The notes beneath the pieces were generated by a model. The model was not told where the DNA came from and did not search any database. It saw only the letters and a list, made by a program, of their open reading frames with translations. A stretch of DNA of 38,756 bases from Nemertoderma westbladi (lineage: Eukaryota > Animalia > Xenacoelomorpha), in the NCBI GenBank assembly GCA_032718475.1, contig JAUCBJ010002475.1, positions 1 to 38,756 of the forward strand, written 5' to 3'. Both the position numbers and the translations under genes were made by a program. Shown one piece after another: positions 32,784 to 38,756 of the stretch (positions are counted from its first letter, which is position 1; every line of letters begins with the position of its first letter).

Positions 32784-32960
32784 GATCTAACTCGTCGGGG
32801 TGTTCCCTCCATCTGCCGACGACGACTCTGGTTGTTCCTCGCCAACGCCGATAAATCTCTTTACGAACAGTATAAACTTTATATTAAAGGCGTTTCGCCG
32901 TGCGAGAAGAGTATCCGACGCGATATCGCTAGAACCTACCCGGAACACGATTTCTTTAAG
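32784..32960 (+). CDS. EVI5: EVI5-like exon 3 (TBC arginine finger)
   Basis: CATTAG| acceptor and |GTAATA donor; DLTRRGVP...SPCEKSIRRDIARTYPEHDFFK contains IxxDxxR. Confidence 0.92.
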
Positions 32961-33293
32961 GTAATACCGAAGTGTTTGTCTGAAATATAATATTTTGGGA
33001 AATAGTTTGAATAATTCAAGGTAAATCCGTTGGCCTGACCTTAAAGTATCCTTAGCATACGGGTACGGGTGCCACTGTTTAAACTGTTTCTTAGTCGCCC
33101 TCCAGCAGGAGACTAGAGAACTGCTATTTTTATTATTAATTAATTAACCTCTCGACGACAGATACGATTGATACTGCTGTACCGGTCTATTAAGTTCGCT
33201 TACTTCGTCGTCAGACAACATTATTTTGTGATAATATAATTAAGTTAAACCAGTTAGTAATTCTGTTAGTTTAGTGATTGTTTATTTACAATA

Positions 33294-33532
33294 TACTAGG
33301 ATCGGCATGCTGCATTGCAGCTGCATTTTTAAGAATGCTGTGCCGGCTTATCGACAAAATTGCGCCGCCACAACTCCCTATCACCCATGACATTTGCTAG
33401 ATCATCCGCATCTTCAAGGCCAGTATCCTTAAGATGCGTCTCAAGAAAGTCATGGGCTGTCCACCATGCTTATTCACTCCATGAGGCTGCCAAAGTACAA
33501 GATTATGCACTGGCTGGTCCTCACGGCGAAAG
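33294..33532 (-). mobile_element. Short 3' fragment of the same LINE, copy 2
   Basis: Reverse complement of ~27373-27611; possible TSD GTTTATTTA. Confidence 0.9.
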
Positions 33533-34529
33533 TTTATTTAGGTTTGGTTTGTATCCCCTGTCTGGAATGTTCAGTCAATCATTGGTAACGATATGGACGT
33601 ATTTTTAATCAAACCTACTAAACATCGCCTATAGTGAGTGTAGAGCTGCTGTAGGTATAATATGGTAATTGGTAATACAAGGTTGGGTGTGGTGCTGGTG
33701 ACACATTGTATTGTTTCTACCTACAATAAATTAGTGGGTAATTAATTAATTGGTTATGGAATTTCTACTGACGCTGACAGTGGACATCGTGGATTATTAT
33801 GAAAATGAAAAATTAGATAATTTTTTGATATTTATTAAGTATTAGTTATTAGTATTAATAATATTAATTTTCTTTATATGTGTGAGCGAAGAAAGGATAA
33901 AACCTCGATGTTTCCTTGTCCTAAAATTGAGCGAAAATTGAATTTAGTAGTGAAACAGCAGCGAAGCACAAATAAATAAATGTTCAGCTCGAGTATTGAT
34001 TGCAGCAATAATAGGTGATATTAATTAAATTAATTGGAATTGAGCTGTTAATACCGGCAACCTGTAATGATGTAATATAATCGTTTTGTTCAGAAATATA
34101 ACGAATGAGGAAGTCCGTGGTTGATGAATAGTATTTTTTGTATTAAACAATGATTCATCTTTTCGATTTCGAAATATTGTTCGAAACCGTCGGAATCGAA
34201 TATTGGCGGGAATTTATCGTTAAGATATATTCCTTCCTTTATTTAACGAACTAATTATTGTCACGATCGATTCTACAGACTCTAATAGTTGGTAAAGGTA
34301 CTAAATTAAAGGTGATGAATCTAAAAATTTATATTATGTATCGTTTTTTTGAATAAAATGTCAAGAATAAAATGATGCGGCCAATATTCTATAAAAATAT
34401 GTACAGCTGGTAGCAGTCAGGGAATGCAACCCACAGAGTTGGATAGCTGATTAATCTTGTTTCAAATCAATACATCTGGAGTTTAGTGATTTAAGCTAAT
34501 TTATTTGTTTAGATTTTAAATTTATAGAT

Positions 34530-35770
34530 TATGGAATCCATTTTGGCACTTATATAGAAGGATAATTGAAGAGTTATCAAAAAAGAAAGACAGGCACCTG
34601 GCTGTTATCTTTGTTGACTTCTTCAAGGCCTTTGATTCAGTCTCCCGCTCACGTATGTTCAGCATACTTTCATTATATGGGATTCCTGATGAAATTATTG
34701 CAGCAATCAGATCAGTATACGATGGTTCAACAACATTTGTGTCTACTGTTGATGGTGACACAGAACCATTTGCGGTGTTATGGGGCGTCCTCCAAGGAGA
34801 CACACTTGCACCATTCTTGTTCATTATTGTGGTTGACTATGTTCTACGCATGTCCTTAGATCATCATAATGATGATGGGGTGATGATAACTCCACCTACT
34901 GGCTCCAGAAGTCGAGGAAATCCTGCCAAGTACCTAACTGATCTAGACTTTGCTGATGACTTAGGAGTACTCTCAGAATCATTAGAGGGAGCCCAACGGC
35001 TCCTCAGCTCATTAGAACATGCTGCTTCTAGTGTTGGTCTTTTTATTAACTCCAGAAAGACCAAAATTTTGACAGTTAACTTTGAAAATCCTCAGCAAGT
35101 CTCTGATCGGATGAGCATAAGCTCAAAGGATGGTATGCGTGAGCATGTGGACGACTTCTGTTACCTGGGATCATGGATCCGGAAGTCAGGTGAGGACCTT
35201 CGAATACGTAAGGGAAAGGCATGGGCAGCCTTGAATAGGCTTTCCGGATTTGGAAGTCACCGAGAATTAATCGGAAACTTAAGGTCCGGTTATTTAGAGC
35301 AGCAGTAGTTCCAGTACTCCTCTATGGGAGTCCATGCTGGGCTCTAACTGCTGAGGACACCAAATCTCTGGATGGCACATTCACAAGAATGCTACGCCGG
35401 GTTCATTGTGTCAAGTACAATGCACACATCTCCAACCAGACACTATATAACATTGGAGGTGTCTCATTGGTTCCCCCAAGCTTGACACTAGAACAAAGTC
35501 GCCTCCGCTTTGCAGGACATTGCTTTCGCCGTGAGGACCAGCCAGTGCATAATCTTGTACTTTGGCAGCCTCATGGAGTGAATAAGCATGGTGGACAGCC
35601 CATGACTTTCTTGAGACGCATCTTAAAGGACACTGGCCTTGTAGATGCGGATGATCTAGCAAATGTCATGGGTGATAGGGAGTTGTGGCGGCGCAATTTT
35701 GTCGACAAGCCGGCACAGCATTTTTAAAAATGCAGCTGCAATGCAGCATGTCGATCCTAGTAATAGTAGT
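34530..35770 (+). mobile_element. 5'-truncated RTE/RTEX-type LINE, copy 3, with RT domain
   Basis: RRIIEE...FVDFFKAFDSV, GVLQGDTLAPFLF, LDFADDL, FCYLGS; 1-nt frameshift near 35248; TAG-repeat tail. Confidence 0.92.
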
Positions 35771-36034
35771 ATTAGTTTAATAATGAATAGAATTGATTTA
35801 GTAATCGGGTAACGTTTTTAATTGCCGATATTTAATGTCACCGGTCTGCTCCGCACGTTGTACATCATCTCCTCAGCTTTCTAAAGATAAGTCTCTGTGT
35901 TCCCGCAATTTATTCTTAAGTAAATAAATAAACATATTTCAATATTTACAAATTTTTTGGATCGTTTCAGTGTATTTTCTTTTTTTTCTGAATTTTTTGT
36001 CGGAATCTCCTTCACAGTTCTCATTGTCTTTCAG

Positions 36035-36154
36035 GAGAAGGACGGGATGGGTCAGGAGACATTATTTAATGTAATGAAGGCCTACAGCCTGCACGATAGG
36101 GAGGTTGGTTACTGCCAGGGCAGCGCGTTTATTGTCGGTTTACTCTTGTTGCAG
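36035..36154 (+). CDS. EVI5: EVI5-like exon 4 (TBC glutamine finger)
   Basis: TTTCAG| acceptor and |GTGAGT donor; EKDGMGQETLFNVMKAYSLHDREVGYCQGSAFIVGLLLLQ. Confidence 0.95.
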
Positions 36155-36861
36155 GTGAGTTTGTCGGTTTCTTTATGTTGGATTTGGACTTTAGTAAACC
36201 GAATTCCAAACACCAACGAGGATAATAAATATTTATTATTTAATTTTAACTCATAAATTATCCGAATGATAAACTATATAGAACCGCTGTAATCACTCAA
36301 TCATACTATAGCCAATGCAATTTTATATTTGTCATGTAATTGTTATGAAGTTAAGCCGCCCTTTTTTTAATTAAATAATTACGTATGTGATTCTACTTAT
36401 AGTCTCTAAGTCACATACAGTACAGTAGTGTTGTAACATAATCCCGATTGAGAAATATTTGGCTTTTTCAGGATTAGCTATTTGCTGAACCTTTATATGC
36501 CTTGTAGCTATCTAAACATCTTAAAAACAGTTAAATTAATTCAGCCCCAGAACTGATACCTTAATTTTCGCTCGTGGATGTGTGTGGTTTAAACGGGATC
36601 CCGACAGTTACATTACCGGTCCCAAATTCCCAATCCGACCAACACGCAGCACGTGACTTAAACTCTCCTACATCATTGGTACGGAGTCAGTTGAAGTAGA
36701 CAGACATTTACTGAGAAAATAGCCTTATCAGACCGACTGACAAACAACTGCACGCGGCTCATGTTAAGTCTCTTACACTTCAGATGAGGTAGACACACTT
36801 CATGATGATGTGCTGGATAGTGGATGGATACGAACTTATTAACTCTGTTTTATTTCCATAG

Positions 36862-37221
36862 TTACCCGAAGAGGAAGCCTTCTGCGTGTTGGTGAAGTTA
36901 ATGCAATCCTTCAGATTGCGGGAATTATTTAAGCCGAACATGGCGGAGTTGGGACTGTGCATGTACCAGTTGGAGTGCATGGTGCAGGAGTTGTTGCCCG
37001 AACTGCACACACACTTCCAGTCCCAGAGCTTCCACACGTCCATGTACGCGAGTTCCTGGTTCCTAACGCTGTTCGCTACCGGACTCCCGCTGCAGGCGGC
37101 CTGTCGGGTGATGGATCTTTTCTTAAACGACGGGTTAGAGATTATATTCCGCGTGGGATTCGCTTTGTTGCAAGTCGCACACGATGAACTAATACAGATG
37201 GATATGGAATCGATGTTACGG
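36862..37221 (+). CDS. EVI5: EVI5-like exon 5; gene presumably continues beyond the window
   Basis: CCATAG| acceptor and |GTATGT donor; LPEEEAFCVLVKLMQ...FHTSMYASSWFLTLF...DMESMLR. Confidence 0.95.
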
Positions 37222-37374
37222 GTATGTTGAGGAGAATATTAATTATTCAGTTACCAATTTCTGCTGTTTTTTTAAATATCTTTATAGTTTTGTATTTCAT
37301 ATTCTTATTTGTCGGCAGGTTGCTAATGTCTTAAACTGTTGTAAACAGTTAACACAGTAAACTGTCAAGGATAT

Positions 37375-37591
37375 CAAGGATATTTTACGTTACGTTACGT
37401 TACGGTATTACGTTACGTTACGGTTGAAAAATTGAACTTTTTACGTTACGATATTACATTACGGAATAATTTCCAAATTACGTTACGTTACGGTATTGAA
37501 AAAGCTATTACGTTACGGTTTACGTTACGGAAAAATATTGAGCTACGGTATTCCTGTAAAGATACCGTAACGTAACGTAATAACATCCTTG
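37375..37591. repeat. (GTTAC)n-rich MITE-like element
   Basis: Termini CAAGGATATTTTACGTTACG and CGTAACGTAATAACATCCTTG are inverted; internal pentamer repeats; no TSD seen. Confidence 0.6.
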
Positions 37592-37769
37592 CGTGCTATG
37601 TTTGTTTATGTTTCAAGAAGTGTACCAGGTAAACGAAACAATGTAATACGGTGAAAAATGTAATAGTTTATTAGTTGTTCGTCCGAATATTGGAATATAC
37701 TCCAAAATCGTGAGTCAGATGATGCGCCCTTTCTGGTCCTAAAATAAAGTATTCGTGCCGAAACGAAAT

Positions 37770-37853
37770 TCCACTGGGGGATCGGTCCCGGTCTCCACGG
37801 GATCGAACCCACGACCTCAGAGAAGTGAATTCAATGCAACCACTACAATAGTG
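37770..37853 (-). mobile_element. tRNA-like SINE head remnant
   Basis: The - strand reads GTAGTGGTTGCA...GGTCGTGGGTTCGATCCC (A/B-box-like). Confidence 0.45.
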
Positions 37854-37923
37854 AAAAACGTTATACTTTTTTCCCAAGTAATAATTGTTATTATAATTAT
37901 GTATTGTATGCAACTTATACACG

Positions 37924-38254
37924 TTCGTGGGGCCTTCGCGCAGCACGAAGTGAGCCAAGCCTTTAGCATATGGGCACCATTAACGAGTTGTCTGCCGTTA
38001 GTCAGAAGTCTTCAACACAATACTCGCCCTCCTCTTGTGCCTCGTTGAGTTCGTTCGTTTTTTACCAAACTTCCGATTCTTTCTAAACTTTTGACGGACT
38101 ACATACGTACCAAGTTTCGTTTAATTTCATCAAGGAATAACCGAGTTATTTAAGCGATCAAAAATTTACGACGACAGGCGACGACGATGATAGACAACTC
38201 GCCAATGGCACCCATATGCTAAGGCTTCGCTCACTTCGTGGCTCGCCCCACGAA
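37924..38254. mobile_element. MITE-like element with ~65-bp imperfect inverted ends
   Basis: TTCGTGGGGC...CACGAAGTGAGC...TAGCATATGGG...CGAGTTGTCT versus AGACAACTCG...CCCATATGCTA...GCTCACTTCGTG...GCCCCACGAA. Confidence 0.7.
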
Positions 38255-38756
38255 GAGACACATTGACAATAATTTGTGATATCCCAATGTCGTTAACCCC
38301 AGAAAATTGGGATATCACATAATTCATTCGATAAACTATTTCAGAGGAAATCTTGTAAGGAAACCTTCAGTAAATGGAAATGCTAGAGAAATTGTAACTT
38401 GATACTCCTGAGAAACCACGTCATTAAAATTCAAAGGAAAAAAGAAAATATCCGTTAACCTGATCTGTTAATATCGTTATCCTTTGATATCCATTTAGTA
38501 TCCGTCAACCCATTATTGTCTTCCCGAGATAGGAGGACAGTTTGAATGTCTTTAAAGTCAGAGAATTACCTTAAACGGCCCTCTAGTATCGGAAATAATA
38601 ATAATAATATTTATACCGCGTCTTTTACGTTCGTAACAATTAAAGACTCAAAAAAATCAGACCAAAACAAAATAATACTCATAAAATAATTGAGGCTAAT
38701 ACAATGTACAGTATTAGCAGCTAGTATTTGCAATAATTGTAAATGCGTCCAAAACC

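Noticed and set aside
32079-37853. Functional tRNA genes at the two B-box sites
   Set aside because: No complete acceptor and anticodon stems; treated as SINE-like remnants.

Overview
AT-rich animal (invertebrate-like) genomic DNA with spliceosomal introns. Bases 1-23247 are a nest of three related BEL/Pao LTR retrotransposons with ~1.2-kb TGT...ACA LTRs. Element A (+ strand, only its 3' end is in the window) has a 3xCCHC zinc-knuckle accessory ORF, a PPT and a 3' LTR (1337-2607), and abuts, probably by insertion into, the 3' LTR of element B. Element B (-, 14634-2608) has one intact 1678-aa Gag-protease ORF from which RT, most of RNase H and integrase are missing in frame. It sits inside the RT of element C (-, 23247-14635), which is frameshifted. 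The most striking signal is that neither 5' LTR is followed by a tRNA-type (TGG) primer-binding site. Instead the 11-12 nt next to the LTR end are the exact reverse complement of a sequence inside the element's own LTR, with a compensatory base change between B and C. This suggests Tf1-like self-primed reverse transcription in a BEL/Pao lineage. Bases 23786-37221 hold five coding exons of an EVI5-like TBC Rab-GAP gene (+), whose introns contain three truncated RTE-type LINE copies, a hAT derivative, SINE-like heads and MITE-like repeats.
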